The notes: generated by a model not told the origin, from the sequence alone. 64,000 bases of DNA from Tubulanus polymorphus (GCF_964204645.1 NC_134034.1:4233814-4297813), one strand, 5' to 3'. Counted from the first letter of the stretch, positions 26,369 to 39,872 are shown. Program-made: numbers and translations.

Positions 26369-26638
26369 CATCCTCCCCGGCCCCTGTCACACTAGCCCGA
26401 GTGCGCAGCTTAAATGATGTAATTATTAGCCAATCAGATATCCCGTTTTATTTTTGCCCGGGTCTATACATTTTAAGTTTTTCCGCAAAATTTCACTCAA
26501 CGAGCAATCTGGTTGGTGCCGCAAGTTTTTGTGCGGTTAACCTGCGCATGTTTCTGCGCACTAGTACGTTGGCAGGTTTCTCTGCCATGGCTGAGTCTAG
26601 CGTTGCCATCAGGTTCGAATCCCTGGCGGGGAAGACTG
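26369..26638. mobile_element. Family C MITE, internally deleted copy
   Basis: CATCCTCCCCGG start, AGCCAATCAGATAT core, GCCATCAGGTTCGAATCCCTGGCGGGG end. Confidence 0.8.
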
Positions 26639-28084
26639 TTTTGTGAATTACATTCGACTTTAGATCCAGTTACATACGTTTTGGGTTTAATTTACTCTCC
26701 TGAGACTATAGCTATAATCGCTTCAGAGTACTGAACTATAATCATTTCCTTCGACTTTTGAAATTATTTCACTCAAGTGATGTATCTCAAATGTTTGTCT
26801 ACTCTCAAGTTCGATCCTTTCAAGAAATAATTAGAAAAAAATGTAAATTCAGCCAAACTAAGAATGTCACAATCTAATAGTAGTATAGGCAATGTCTGAA
26901 AATTTGATAATAAAAAGTCCGCTTCTGAATAATTGGAAAAGTTTCGGTGGCGTAGCATCTCGAAGAACAGTGTAAATGATAATATGTATGTTTATATGGA
27001 CCTAGAGTCCGCATTAAATAGATTAATAGAAATAGATGAAAATTTGATTCTGGACAGTTCAACAAATATTGTTGGTTCATTTGATCCTTAAACTTCCAGT
27101 CGAGTGGGTTAATTATTACTATGAAATTGAGTTACCGATGGTCAAACTTTCTATTACTATATCGTAGTTGTTGTTGTTGACGATAAATTACCTGTCGTGT
27201 AACTAGCTGCGTTGACTCTCATGCTGGGCACGTATTCCATTAATGGCGATGCTAACAACGGTACATGACATCAGGTAAAACGATTTAACCCGAAGAGTTC
27301 CCCCCCCGCGTTGAGGCATGATTACTCCGTACACATCCGTTCTTAACGCGCAGCCCTGACCTAATCAACATTCACTTATCGATATCGTCGTAGTATCCGT
27401 CAGCCTTTACGCGCATTACGCCGACTTCGAGGGGTCACTCAAAGGTTTAACCAGTGTTTAGAAGCCGGGATTCGATGTCATCGAAAAAGCTCAGGGATGC
27501 AACTTCACGGGCATTAGCGGCTGATGAGCATGATCGTACAGGCTTCGGGGTTAGCGAACAAACCCCCTAAAAGCGCCCTTCAAAAATCAATGAAACAAAT
27601 TCAGATATCATCTTTTTCCTGGAGAATGAAAGGTCATCCATTTAAGGGATTTCTATTCAGGTAACCGGGTAGTTCGTATCCACGATCTGTCTTTTCACGG
27701 TGAAAGTGGCCCATTTCTTGAAACAGAACTGCTCCTCAAACAAGCTCGGCACGGACCTGTCGTGCGCGCGATTCAGCATCATATTTTTGCTGCCTTAATT
27801 TGTTAAAAATGCTGTTTTAAACACATAAACATGCTTCGCTTCAAAGTAAACGACCTCTCCAGTTCCTGGAATCAGACGGTTACATCTTCACTAGTCATTT
27901 CCGGTAGTACCTCATATCCCGGATGTAAATTTCCGGGTGGCATAATCGAATGTCCACTGGATGTTGACTCTTTTCGACGGAGTTTTGTGCCACTCGAAAC
28001 AATCTCACAATCGCTGGAGGTACAAAAGCAACGTTTTCATAAGATCGGGTTTGGCGCGTGTTCGGGCGTATTCGGGTGAATAAT

Positions 28085-28400
28085 GTCTCGTGAATCCCAC
28101 ATCGAAAACGAAAAAAAAAAATGATATAATGTCCGAAACTGTTTCCTTGAGCTGGTAGTTAATTCAACGTTTCGACTCTATTCTGATAGTCATTTTCAGC
28201 AATGCTGAGATAAAACAGAAATATATGAAATGTTTAGCAATCCGGAAGAATCAAAGGGACTAATTCAAGTAATCAAAAGTGATTTAAATTAGGGGAAATT
28301 AACATAGAAACAGTTATACGATAAAAACAGATTTAAAGGGAGCAAGCCAGGCGGAACTATATACGCAATACATTAGAGAATATAAATCAAAATTGATTGA
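28085..28400 (-). mobile_element. Penelope-like insertion with degenerate hammerhead; monomeric relative of the 70-bp array
   Basis: The minus strand reads CTGAAAA-T-GACT..AGTC-GAAA-CGTT-GAATTAACTACCAGCTCAAGGAAACAGT...TGTGGGATT, with a T-rich upstream body. Boundaries are approximate. Confidence 0.7.
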
Positions 28401-28825
28401 CAAATTCAAATTCAAAATAACTTTATTGATCTTTAATGTTATACAAATATATTATTGGGATGTAAAGAAGATTTCGTCGTGTTAACCGGGTGTAGAATAG
28501 ATACACGATACGAGTGGTTGACTATTTCATCTGAATAAGAATAAGATAGTTAACTTAACCTATACATAAAGTACTACTCGTTGTATTTATGACATGGTAA
28601 AAGACGAGGGGATACTTAGAACAATATAGAATACAGAAGGGAACCGAAGATCAAATGGTAAATCACATGTTGAGTTTAACCAGTTTTCAAAGGAATTTGG
28701 CTTCAAATCTATTGTAGGGAGAAAAACCGATAGATTTGCTCAGTTGAATTTTCGATTTATAATGCAGTTACCAAAATGTGCCTTTTAATAATAAAGTTGG
28801 AACTTTGAATGAATAACTATCCCTA

Positions 28826-29046
28826 CCCTCTTCGAACAAAGGGTTCTACCGTAGAACCTTCACGGGTTCTTTGGCTTGACTCCCACGGAGAACCCTTGAA
28901 GGTAATTCGAAGAACCTACAAATGGTCTTTGTCAAGAACCCTAAAGTCTCGAAGAACCCCCATCTACATCCTAAATTGCTGATGAACCTTTAAGCTTCAC
29001 AAGGGTTCTTCAAAGAACCATCGAAGAACCCTATGTGCTAAAAGTG
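28826..29046. mobile_element. CACTA/EnSpm-like non-autonomous element
   Basis: TA-flanked imperfect TIRs C(C/A)CT.TT...A.AGGGTTCT ending ...AAAAGTG, with many subterminal GAACC/GGTTC repeats. Confidence 0.65.
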
Positions 29047-31682
29047 TAGGAAACACTTTCGTACTTAATATTATTCATTCGTTATTGTAATGTGCGATTA
29101 TCTAGACATTATCGTCACAACACGGATATACCGTGCTTTATCAAAGTGAATACCTTGCAATTCGAGAAAAACTATATTTCCATCGGGGGTATGTACGGTT
29201 AGCAGTGTTACGCGGGTGATTTTTATTTGGTTATCAGAGAAGTTAAAGCGTGGATTAATCTGTGTTGATGGCGGACGAAATCGAAGCAGTTATCAATAAT
29301 ACGTCCGATGGTACCGATGGAGCTGGCAGTATACGTATCGAATATCATCGGGGATTAACTGACTAGGCGGAGATAAACGACGTCTAGATAATTAAACTGA
29401 AAAAGTCTGTACACACGCATTATTCGGAGCACGGATACTCAGGCAAATTGAAGATTTCCCTTTGCGTGAATCCATCAGTTTTACTATTAGAAGTGGGTCG
29501 TTTTTTCAAAAGTTCAATTCGAGGACATCGTAATGCTTACATGCGGTTGGCGCACGTTCTTTTGGCAGTAAGGACCCGCTCCGTAGTCTGACCGCGCTAC
29601 CTCTGCTGAATAGTACGCATATTAATTCGATTATGGACAAGGGTGGATTTAGGCGTGGTCTTGATGGTCCATGGATCCCGCTTGATGCAACTAAGGTCTT
29701 TGAATATTGAATGTACTTATTTTGCACTGTAACTGCAAGTATATACTTACAGAATTAATCAGCATATATAACATATTTTCAGTAATAAATATAAAAAATT
29801 ACAGTGCTGGGATGCATCACAAGCCTTAAAGGCTGTACTCAAAAGAGCCGATGAACCAAAATTAAAGATGATGAAAGATATAAGAAAAAGACTTATTTCG
29901 AAGTAACGCGAGGCCACTCAAAGTTAATTCTTAGTTTCCAATCTATCATGCCGTTCGCGAGAATTCTATTTTTACCAACTTTTTCAAAAAGAAAGGCTGA
30001 AATGAATACGATTTCCTTATTCATTTCAGAAGACGAAAGCGGGCGATTTTTATGTTTTGTTTTTGAAGTAAATACCCGCGCTTGTACCCCTGTAGTTGGC
30101 TTGAGTTCCGATCTACCAGTTTAAAAAGAATATAACCTCTAAGTCGGACGAACGTAATGTCTATCGACGAAATCATTACGACCATTCACGGAAGCTCTCT
30201 ACGACTTCGAATTCCGGTAGCGATAACACTAAATGACGTTCATCCAGCAAAGATAAAATAGACGACTGCAAAACGTTGGTGCTTAATTCGGGCGCGCGGA
30301 TTTGGATTTTTATGAAGAGGAGACGAGCGGCTCGACGTGGGAGTGGGCATTTTTTGTCTATTTCTATCTTGTTTAATTACCGCAAACAAGTGACGCGCGC
30401 GGTTTTGAAATTGATGATAATGTCGTAACCGAATTTAAGTTGCCTAAAACTGGTAGCGGATCACTCCGTTCGGTTTTGCGCCGGTCCCGACTTAAATAAC
30501 TTGAAATTAACTTCGAAATCCTCCGCGCGCTGAAGTCATTCAGATTCCCATTATTAAGCGATCGATTTGAAGCCCCCTCGAAGGCATTCAATCATTTTTC
30601 ATAAATCTTGTAGTTCGTGCACATCGCTTGCTTTATTAGCCTAATTCCGCGCTGTATCGAGTGCACGCCGTGACGTCATCAGCAGCGCATTCACGTTTTC
30701 GGCGGCCGGAAATACGACTAAAAGAGCGAGATCTCGTTTCCCGCGAGAGCCGGCACGAGAAATGTCGTGATTAGTCCTCCCAATAGGGCAATAGAACCAG
30801 AACGATAGTCGGCAGATACCCGAATACACGATTTCCTCCCGAGACGAAGCCGGCCGTCAATTTAATGAAAGTTTATTCGGCTTAGGAAATAATTTAATAC
30901 CGACGCGATTGCAGTCTTGTTAAACCCATAAAAATGGTTTATTAGCAAGATAAAGAAGTCTTAAAATATCATTCGACGTCGCTTTACGGGAATCCAACGA
31001 TGGAACACTGAAGCACTCAATTCATGTAGACTACTCCCCAAGAGTGACAGATACGGCTGCAGTTATACCGTATCGACTGTATCAACATTATACCGCCTAA
31101 TACGAGCGTCAATTCGACGATAGACTGCTGCTTCGTCGGATTTAGATAAAAAGCATTATTTTCGTATAAGAAATGAAATAGATGATAAACAAGGGTATTC
31201 AGCAGGTGCCGATAATACGAATTAGGTCACCGATGTTGGATTCTTAGAAATAGTCGTGAAAGGTGTTTTTGAAGAGGAATTTCACTAGTTTTCGTCGTCG
31301 AAGTTCAATTTGTAGACTGAAATTTGTCGGCCCGATTATAGTACCAGCATCATACAGTAATAAACCGCAACGAGACGATTTACCTAGGAGGTTTGGGCGG
31401 GTACTTCGCTAGAGGACTATACTGGATCTCCCGATGAAATGTCACTCCGTTATTATAAGTTCCAAGCAATAAAGCGTGTTATGCAATTTTATAAATTTCT
31501 TCTAGAATGAAGCCATTCGGTGTTTCTTTCATACAAAATCAATTCGCTAACTGAAAATGAAAGCTCGAGGAAGAAGGAACTCACTTTTACTCACATGAAC
31601 TAGCGTAAATTTTCTGTACTTTTGTATTTTTCATTCTATAAAAAAAGAAGTGCGGTTGTCGATCCTATACCAACTAATATCT

Positions 31683-31835
31683 GAACGAACGAACGAACGA
31701 ACGAACGAACGAACGAACGAACGAACGAACGAACGAATGAACGAACGAACGAACGAACGAACGAACGAACGAACGAACGAACGAACGAACGAACGAACGA
31801 AACGAACGAACGAACGAACGAACGAACGAACGAAC
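31683..31835 (+). repeat. (GAAC)n microsatellite
   Basis: Directly visible. Confidence 0.98.
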
Positions 31836-32929
31836 TAATTAATCAATCATTAAATCAATTGATAAATAGGTAGATGAATAAGTAAATAAGAAACTTTCAT
31901 AAAAAATCGCTGATCACAGATTGGTGAGTCCTCGAATCATTGTTCATTTGCGAGCTGGTAAAAATGATCAATTTGACACTTTTTGGATGATCGGGTGTGG
32001 GTCCTTCGCGAAGAAAACATGCAACGACTTTATTGTTAAAGAAGTTTATGGAATACGCAGCTCTGTTGATTAACGGGACTTCTTTACGCATTGAGATATT
32101 GAAAAACGTCCGAGGAACGCGTTAAGGAGAGCCGAGTCGTTTACAGCGCGTCCGTTTTTATCATCCATTTCATTTATTGGCGATCGTTTATCAAATTCGA
32201 CCTAGGCGCCCTTTCGCCATCTTTCTTTGCCAGCAACGAGCCACTGCTCGAAAAAAATGCAATTAATTATGATTGATATATCATCCCGCAGCTTTTGCGG
32301 CGCTATCCGGCGAAAAAAATGATAATAGAAACGGCATTTCTCTCTCTTTCATCAGACGAAATCTTAATTGCTCGCATTCGTCAATGATTGATACAAATGA
32401 CCACCAGACGAATGTGCTAACAACCATGACGAACTGGCGATGGAACCTTGAACTCGTCTACAACCCAATCTGCATAATTTGTATAACTCGTTTTGTTTTC
32501 GTTGACAAATATCTGATATAATATTAATCAACTACGTCTACAGAGATCAGCGACGTTACAGTATTGCCATCTTCATTGCCGGTTGGTTTAAGCCCAAAAA
32601 ATGTTCCTACGTATGACCGGTCGACCGTTGGCCGACTTTCCCGAGAACCAAAACTAGGTTTCGATCGAAATTTTAGAAGAGCCGAAGACCATATCAAGAT
32701 TGTCTTTCGGTCTTGCGTTTGATGCTTGATCCTCGATAGGACTAATCCACGTCAAAAGAAGTTTGGGCCGTTATTATGTAGGGAATGTAGGGATAATGCA
32801 TTTTGTCGAGTTACGTTGGGAAACGACGATTTAATATTCCGTTCACACGTCAATAGTAGCAATCATAATTATTTGACAATTTTCTGATTTTCTATTATAT
32901 CATTCCCTGTAGCATAAAGTCATTTCTTG

Positions 32930-33262
32930 CCGTAAAAACCGTTCCAATAACGTTTATATATATATTGATACCTGGTATGCGTTTTTTTGCAAGGGCTTCT
33001 GTGCGAGTCGATGTGCATTACGTTATCAGTATTGGCGTTTCAAAATAACTATCAAATTTTGAATTTTGGCTTCTGCTTTTTAATGATATATTATTTCACT
33101 TTTGATAGATTTTGATAGTAATTTTGGGAGGATGCGCAAATACGTCATCATTAAATCTCGGCGAAACTGGTTGCTGGTGTCAATTCAATTCAATCATCGA
33201 TATATTCAAACCCAAAGTAACTTTATTGAACCATGATATCATATGATTCATTTATATCATTC
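32930..33262 (-). repeat. Family E interspersed repeat
   Basis: Colinear reverse-complement similarity to 49490-49782. Confidence 0.7.
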
Positions 33263-34418
33263 AGTGTCAACAATATTAAGCGATATATACGTTTACATTT
33301 TGCGAGGCGTCAAGTTCGTTTTCTCGTTTTGTCTTGCGCTCTTGTGGGATTTTCGAAAATCTTGTTCGGTTTATCTAAAACGAACACGAACTGCGAACGG
33401 GTGATTATGATTCCGGAATCGCGTAGGCGTCGATGAAGAGCCGATTCTGCATTCGTTTACTCTTCCCGTTATCGGTTTACATGTCACGTTGCAAACATTC
33501 GCCGACAAAAAAGTGCGCGGGTGAAGTTTTTCCTGCACATCATCCACAGTTGATCGGGCGAAAGGAAAAACAAGACGATTTAAGAATACAGATTAGTTTT
33601 TATAGGTATATATATATATGTATGTACACGATATATTCCGATAGCGATACCGGTGCGTGTATCACACCTCAGTTCCCCTGTTTTCGAACATCTCTTTGAT
33701 CCGTTTATTTATTGGTAGCGTCGTTTGAATTTGGTAAATACGCGATGACGTTCTTTTCGAAATAAACCTATTTTTGGCGTCGTTAGATTAGCAATCGTTT
33801 GTGTTGAGTCGAAGAGGTTTATTTCGCTATGTTCTTGTGAGAAAAGTAGGAAATAGAGGCCCACGCAATAATTAGCAGTTTTCGGCGTCAGGCGATCCTA
33901 TGTCGAGTAAGCAGTCACCGATGGACGACAAAAACAACTTTAAAAACGAATAAGGTTTATTTCAAAATGAAAATGTTTTTCCGAACAGACCGACCAGTGA
34001 TAGAGATTTTCAGAGGAACTGATTACTGGGCGAAATAATCGCTGTATGTGGGAGGCAAGTGTGGCAACATAAGATGGATTATTTTGTCGTAAAAGCTAAC
34101 TGGCTTTTACCTGTTTTTTTACCTATAGAGGGATATTCACTATGGCATTTTTGGCAGGCAGCAGAGCTTCGCAATCAAATAATGGTAATCTTCTTCAAAC
34201 TGAACGAGAGTTCTTGATCATTTCGCATTCTTGTAATTGGTCCAACTTTGTGTAAAACTATCCCCGGCGTTTACTGAAATCGAAAAGATACTCGGTTAAA
34301 CTGCTGGGTGCGCTTAATAACCGATTTACGAATTCTTGCCACGGCCGCTTTTTACCCTTCGGTTCAAATTACACTGTCACTTTAGTACAGTTTACCCCCA
34401 GAAAAATGTAACTTATAA

Positions 34419-34740
34419 AGCGGCGATCACACGAGCGTTTTGTGCCCGTGCCGAATTTGGTCCATTCTAAAGAACAACTACGGTTCACAGGGGGCCAACT
34501 GGGCCCGTGCTTGTGTGGCCCGACTAAATAACGTCGGACCAGGCCCGAGCAGAATCTCAGCACGGGACAAATATGCGTGTGGATTGCTACATGTTCAAGA
34601 AATGGCTTATTCGCATTGTTTAAGCATTGTTTAGTATCGAGTGAGTGGTTAACATGTGAACGCGCTCTCTAATTATAGGCACGGGCCTAATTTGACAGGG
34701 GCCTGATCCGTGCAATATCATATCCATGTGATCGATACTT
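34419..34740. mobile_element. MITE with GATCACA/TGTGATC termini (Harbinger-like)
   Basis: CGATCACACG...CATGTGATCG, internal GCCCGTGCC/GGCACGGGC inverted repeats, and TAA-type flanks. Confidence 0.5.
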
Positions 34741-35158
34741 AAGTCCGCTACAGTTTGCAATGTAATCTTACAGGATATTCCGATGCGTTTTTCATGGAAA
34801 TATACACCTTTTAAACTGTTTTGACTGTAGTGTGTGATTGGGGAGTTATCTTGACTTCACATGACATTGACAGAGGATAACCCGTCGTATTTGTTATTAA
34901 AGAACTGAACTTTATTTGATTTTTACTGATATGAATATATTAAGTAGATAAATATAATTCATGATAGGGGTCACCTGGGCCTGGATGAATTTGAATCCTG
35001 ATCGCAGTGGGCCACAGTCTTTCGCAAATGGTCTCTCACCAATGAGTGGCTCACTGTTTGATACCTGGCGGCGGCAGAGATTCTTCGTCGTCGACGGTAT
35101 TTCCCCCATCGAGGGGGAGGGAGAAATTCGAAATCTGAGCACCTCGGATGGTGTGTAC

Positions 35159-35468
35159 GCGGAGTGGTGTGGCCGAGTGGTTAGAGCGTTCGGCTCTGGG
35201 AAGCCAGGTCGTGGGTTCGAACCCCGTACATTGCCGTATTGTCCTCGGGCAAGACACTTATCCTCATTGCCTCTCTCCACCCTGGTATGATAGATGACTC
35301 CTGAGCGCCTAGCAGCTGCTCGGATGTTACCTCTCCCCGGGGAGAGATGACTGATACATGGAATAGAGTTATAGGCTGGGTGATAATACCAAGTTTGGAG
35401 CGCATTTGAACAGACTCTTGTTCGGATACCTGCGCTATATAAATGTCAATTATTATTATCATCATTAT
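35159..35468 (+). mobile_element. Full-length tRNA-derived SINE with CORE-like domain and LINE-like (ATT)n tail
   Basis: A box TGGCCGAGTGG (35170-35180), B box GGTTCGAACCC (35214-35224), TGTCCTCGGGCAAGACACTTATCCTCATTGCC, and a GCGCTATATAAAT..ATTATTATTATC end. Confidence 0.9.
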
Positions 35469-36070
35469 ATGGGTTAATGGACGTTAAAAAGCCTCATTGC
35501 CAGAAGGGTCTGTTCGCCGTATCGCGTAGCAGCATATACGGTCGAGCGCGTGTTCATCAAATCCGAATCCGAGATCTATATCGCAGTATACAAAAACCAA
35601 CGTTGATTGAATTGATAAAAAATCCAAGCCGATATCGTATTACGTCACGTCGTCTGCGCAACGTCGTTGATCTTTGAATATAGTATTCCGTGTGACATTG
35701 CCGAGCACGCATACAAATTGACGTTGCACCGGGGGTAGAGTTAATGAACATATCACAAAGAAATACTAAAAACAGGTTGCGTGCCGCGCAGATCGAATTC
35801 AATGAACTTCCTGTCCGTGATTTTATAGCGAGCTTTCAGCGGCGCGATTTTGTCCAGGAAAGAGTCTGTACTTCGAGCTGTATGTTATTTGCATACGGGC
35901 ATTTAATGCACATGACGCCATGCCTTATTATCTGGTGATTGTAGAAATTTATTAAAAACAATCGACGTATGAAATTCCTTTGTAGAAATGATATCTGGTT
36001 TATCCGGTCATATTGTAAATTACAATGAAAATCGTAATGCTAAACAAAAATCACACGTCGTTTCTCCGAA

Positions 36071-36408
36071 GCGGCCGGGTCATTTTTTGTTAGATATAAT
36101 AAAACTTGTAATCAGTTCATATCTATAGCTGTCGGGTCTGTTATCATGTTGAAATTGATCACGGTTTATAAAGAAATGTAATGTATAAGGTAGATAGGCG
36201 GCCGGCCGGGTCAACTTTTAAGCTCAGCAGAGCGGAGAAACAAGGTATCAATTTTGTTTCGCCTATAATCAGTCCATTCCTATAGCTGCCGGGTTACGGT
36301 ATGTTATGGTTAGCTTGGTCACGATTTTAAAAAAGGCGTAATTTAGAGGCTAGATATGCGGCCGGCCGGGCCACCTGTTGAACAGAAAAGATAACAAGGT
36401 ATCAATAT
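36071..36408 (+). repeat. Degenerate ~130-160 bp tandem repeat with GCGGCCGGCCGGG anchors
   Basis: GCGGCCGG motifs at ~36071, ~36198 and ~36358, with repeated TAATCAGT.CAT..CTATAGCTG.CGGGT and AACAAGGTATCAAT. Confidence 0.75.
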
Positions 36409-36737
36409 TTAGCGTAAGCTTACTCGTAACCACTGAATAACATTTAAGATGTGGAAAATTGGATCCGAAAACGCTTTTTCAAGTCAACGTGCTGTAATTT
36501 CGAGAAGCAGAATTCCTTAATCGTAGATCAGGTTTAAAAATCTCCCTATATCTTATACGCATGTAATACATTGCATGTAATGGGGGTAACTAGGTTGATT
36601 AGTAGTTCATATGCAAATACGGTAAACTGATTTAACTAGATTCTACTTTAAAACGGTCCGAGATGATATAACGGCGAAGTCGAAGAACGTGATTTAGGTT
36701 CCGACCTTTTCATCTTTCAAATCTATTTACGAACCAG

Positions 36738-36838
36738 AATCCAGTTCCACGGTTGTGGGCTAGAGTTGACGCTGAGTTAAGACTAGTTCATTTTCAATGT
36801 TTTACCTCGGGGCCAAATCTTAACTTACAACTGGGTCC
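36738..36838 (+). mobile_element. Family D ~105-bp palindromic MITE
   Basis: Aligns with 42387-42492 and with the reverse complement of 39281-39389. Confidence 0.7.
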
Positions 36839-37869
36839 GGATTGATAATGGGAATCAGAAATATCAACGGATCAAACGCGATGATTTTAAGAGTTCGGCT
36901 ATATAGACATTTGAAAATGTATGCTTAGAAAAAATCCCGCACGGCCGTGACGCGTGAGATCACAGCGAGAATAAACGGGATTGTTCGAGACGTGTAAAAC
37001 TGCGAGATTCGTCGATATATTTACTCTCCAAGATCGCACGATAAGCTTTTTGATTCGGAGAATTGTAATTCTCTCGATTCGACGTACGCATCGCTCGTCG
37101 TACACGCAAACGGGTCTGATGACATTTGACAAAGACATTAGTTATGTCGAATAGATCGTCCGCACCTATCATCAATCACTAAGTTGTTCATCTCTATTTT
37201 ATTTCTCGTTGTATAACGCGTTATCCATTTAGGTGCTATCCGATTTCGATACAGCGATTGTGGCAATCGATCAACCGGTGTCTATATAAGGTTCGATAGA
37301 GCCCTCGTTGTAAAGGCTCTTTCATATTACATGCATATACGCCGAGCGAGCTGAAATCCATTTACCGGCCGAAGAGATTTACAACTGATAGATTTAGATG
37401 ATGGCCGATTAATCCCGAGGGCAAGTCTAAGATTGATATCTTCGAGTTCAACCGACAGTTCACCCAATTGCTCCTCTCCGGGTAAACCGAGGTCGCTTTC
37501 AAAGCTTAGTTACCTCTGTATCCGCGATGCTAGTTTTTTTCGATGGAAAAAATGTTGTTTATATACTTCAGGTACGACAGCGTGAAATCCAATTGTGGCG
37601 CGCGAAGATATTGCCCGGTATGCTAATCGACGAGGCCACTTGTGACAAATGAAGGCAGGGCCGTACCTAGTTTTTTATTTTGATTTAGGGGAGAGGGGCA
37701 GCGAAACCAGAAAAAAAGGAAATTTCTATAGGATACGTATAACCATACTATTTGCAAAACTGACACTTTCCCAGTTTTGGTTGTAAATGCCCGGCCCACC
37801 AATTACGACCAAGGAGATTCCACTAAGGCGATGATCTAGCAAGGCGCCGCCAGTGTAGGTCATCGACCA

Positions 37870-38150
37870 CTGCGCCATTAGAGGATTCCACTTGTAGAAA
37901 GCGAGGATCCACCAGGTGTCGCTAGTACACAGAAGGAAATCAACTGAGGCAATAGAGGATTCCACTTGTTGCAAGTGAGGATCTACCAGGGGTCGCAGTA
38001 CATCGACAAAACCGGCAGTAGAGGATTCCACTTGTGATAAGTGAGGATCCACCAGGTGTCGCTAATGTGCAGTAAGGGAAACGAAAACCTCGCTGGTATA
38101 GGATTCCACTAGTGGCAAGTGAGGCTCAATCAGAGGATTCCACAAGTTGC
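37870..38150 (+). repeat. ~66-78 bp tandem repeat related to the family A head, 4-5 units
   Basis: AGAGGATTCCACTTGT at 37880, 37954 and 38020, each followed by GAGGATC(C/T)ACCAGG(T/G)GTCGC. Confidence 0.85.
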
Positions 38151-39280
38151 AAATTAGAATTCCCTTCGTCATAATCGAATCGTCCGTTTTCTAAAGCTTA
38201 ATAGAGAATGAAAACTACACGTGCCACTGAGCAGAAGGTGAATCGCACATGGATTCCAGTCTTGAGAAAAACAGTTCTAGGTTGATTTAAAAATGACCCA
38301 TTCTCGACCGCATAAGAACGATCATTGTCACACCATTTGGCAATAACTGTAGCCGGTGTAACGTGTCTATCAGTATTGTAATTAGCGATATTTATTGCAC
38401 GGAGACCCCTCATCTCGCGGGTAAGTACGGGATAAACAACTCGATGTCAGCCTTTTTTAGTTCTCATATTCGCGCGCGCCGCACGTCGTCGATGAGGAAC
38501 AGACGGTGTTCTTTTCGACGACGTCTTCGTCGTAAACAATTCCATACGCGGACAAAATATCGATACTTATCCGATAACAGCCTTCGGCGATTCCTTCTCA
38601 CATATTGGTCGGGGAAAAGCTGGGATTTGCCGCACGAACGGCCTGCTGCCGTATTACGGCTTACTCGCCAATTCTGATAATGATACCGAAAAAAAAGATT
38701 AGCGTTGTTTTTCTTTTGCGCTGAATGGTGGTTATTCAAATAGCAATTCCGTTTCCGCAGCGCATGGCAGATCGTACTTTTTAGAATGGCGTCATAGGAA
38801 AAAAACGAAGCCCTGAGCTCAGTAGGCTCGTCAACGATTTTATATGATAGGAATATTATTCAAATGTCGAATGTGGAAATGGAATAAAATAAACTGTTGA
38901 ATTTCGAATAGAAAATAATTGAAATCGAATAAACTGTTGAATTTCGTTCAGAATCGATTTTAACCATGGAGTTGCGTGGATTCAGGTTCGTTTTAAACCC
39001 ACATGACTGTAACATTGGAGAAAATGTCAAAATTCAAAGAAACGTTGAACTTCAGATTCGAATCAACCCCACACAACTCTAGAATTTAAATCAGGAGGTA
39101 TGGAACTGGACGCCGATGACCGTTTCGAAACTCGCGCCTAGGGGAACCGGATTCAGAGTCTAATGATAATGGTCTACGTATCTACAACTGCGTTACTTGG
39201 ACCACCAGACCAGTTTGGTTAAACCTACAACTGGTGAATTGGGTGCATATTTGAATGAATATACTCCAAACTGTCATCCT

Positions 39281-39389
39281 GGATCCACTTCCACAGTTAA
39301 GATTTGACTCTTCAATTTAACTCAATGAAAATCAATTAACCTTAACTCAGAGTTAACTCTAACTCACATCTCTGTTTGGAACTGGATCC
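39281..39389 (-). mobile_element. Family D palindromic MITE
   Basis: GGATCCACTTCCACAG...GGAACTGGATCC with internal AGAGTTAACTCT. Confidence 0.75.
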
Positions 39390-39872
39390 CTGGACCGCGG
39401 TCGAGTCAAACTAAATACGAGACTGAATCATCCTGACTGAACCATTTTTTCTATAAGTCAAAATTTGAATGTGACGCGCAAGGAGACCTGATATTACTGT
39501 TCACGTCATCAACTACTGCGGAGGGACTCTCTATCTCACTTTCGGCTCAAATCGCATCCATCGAGAATTCGATTAATGACATTTCTCAAACCGATATCGG
39601 ACACGCACAATTTTTACACGGAGCGATCGATGGTAATCTGCAGTGTCTCGCGCCGCGGGGAAATTGCGAATGTTGCATCATCATCGTCACACATCGAATC
39701 GAATTCGCAACAATTTTTTTGGTGGACTCATCTCCGACCGATCTCATTAACGGACGCCTCATTCAGTTTAGCGTGCGTAGTAGTCATTTTTGACGCGGCT
39801 CGAGATATTTTCCAACGGGAAACTGGTTTTTTTATAGACGGAGTTTGAATTAAAGTTTTTCTCAATCGTAGA

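Noticed and set aside
27640-28079. Coding-like segment
   Set aside because: No recognisable motif in the frames I translated, and stops interrupt the minus-strand frames.
30080-30210. miR-10/miR-993-like sequence (TACCCCTGTAG, GAAGCTC)
   Set aside because: Only short partial matches and no precursor hairpin. Other partial matches, such as a miR-184-like CTGATAAGGGC in the foldback TIR, were also coincidental.
35159-35232. tRNA gene
   Set aside because: The A/B boxes run directly into a SINE body and tail, with a second copy at 8019, and there is no convincing acceptor stem. The 58875-59064 element is likewise a TSD-flanked insertion.
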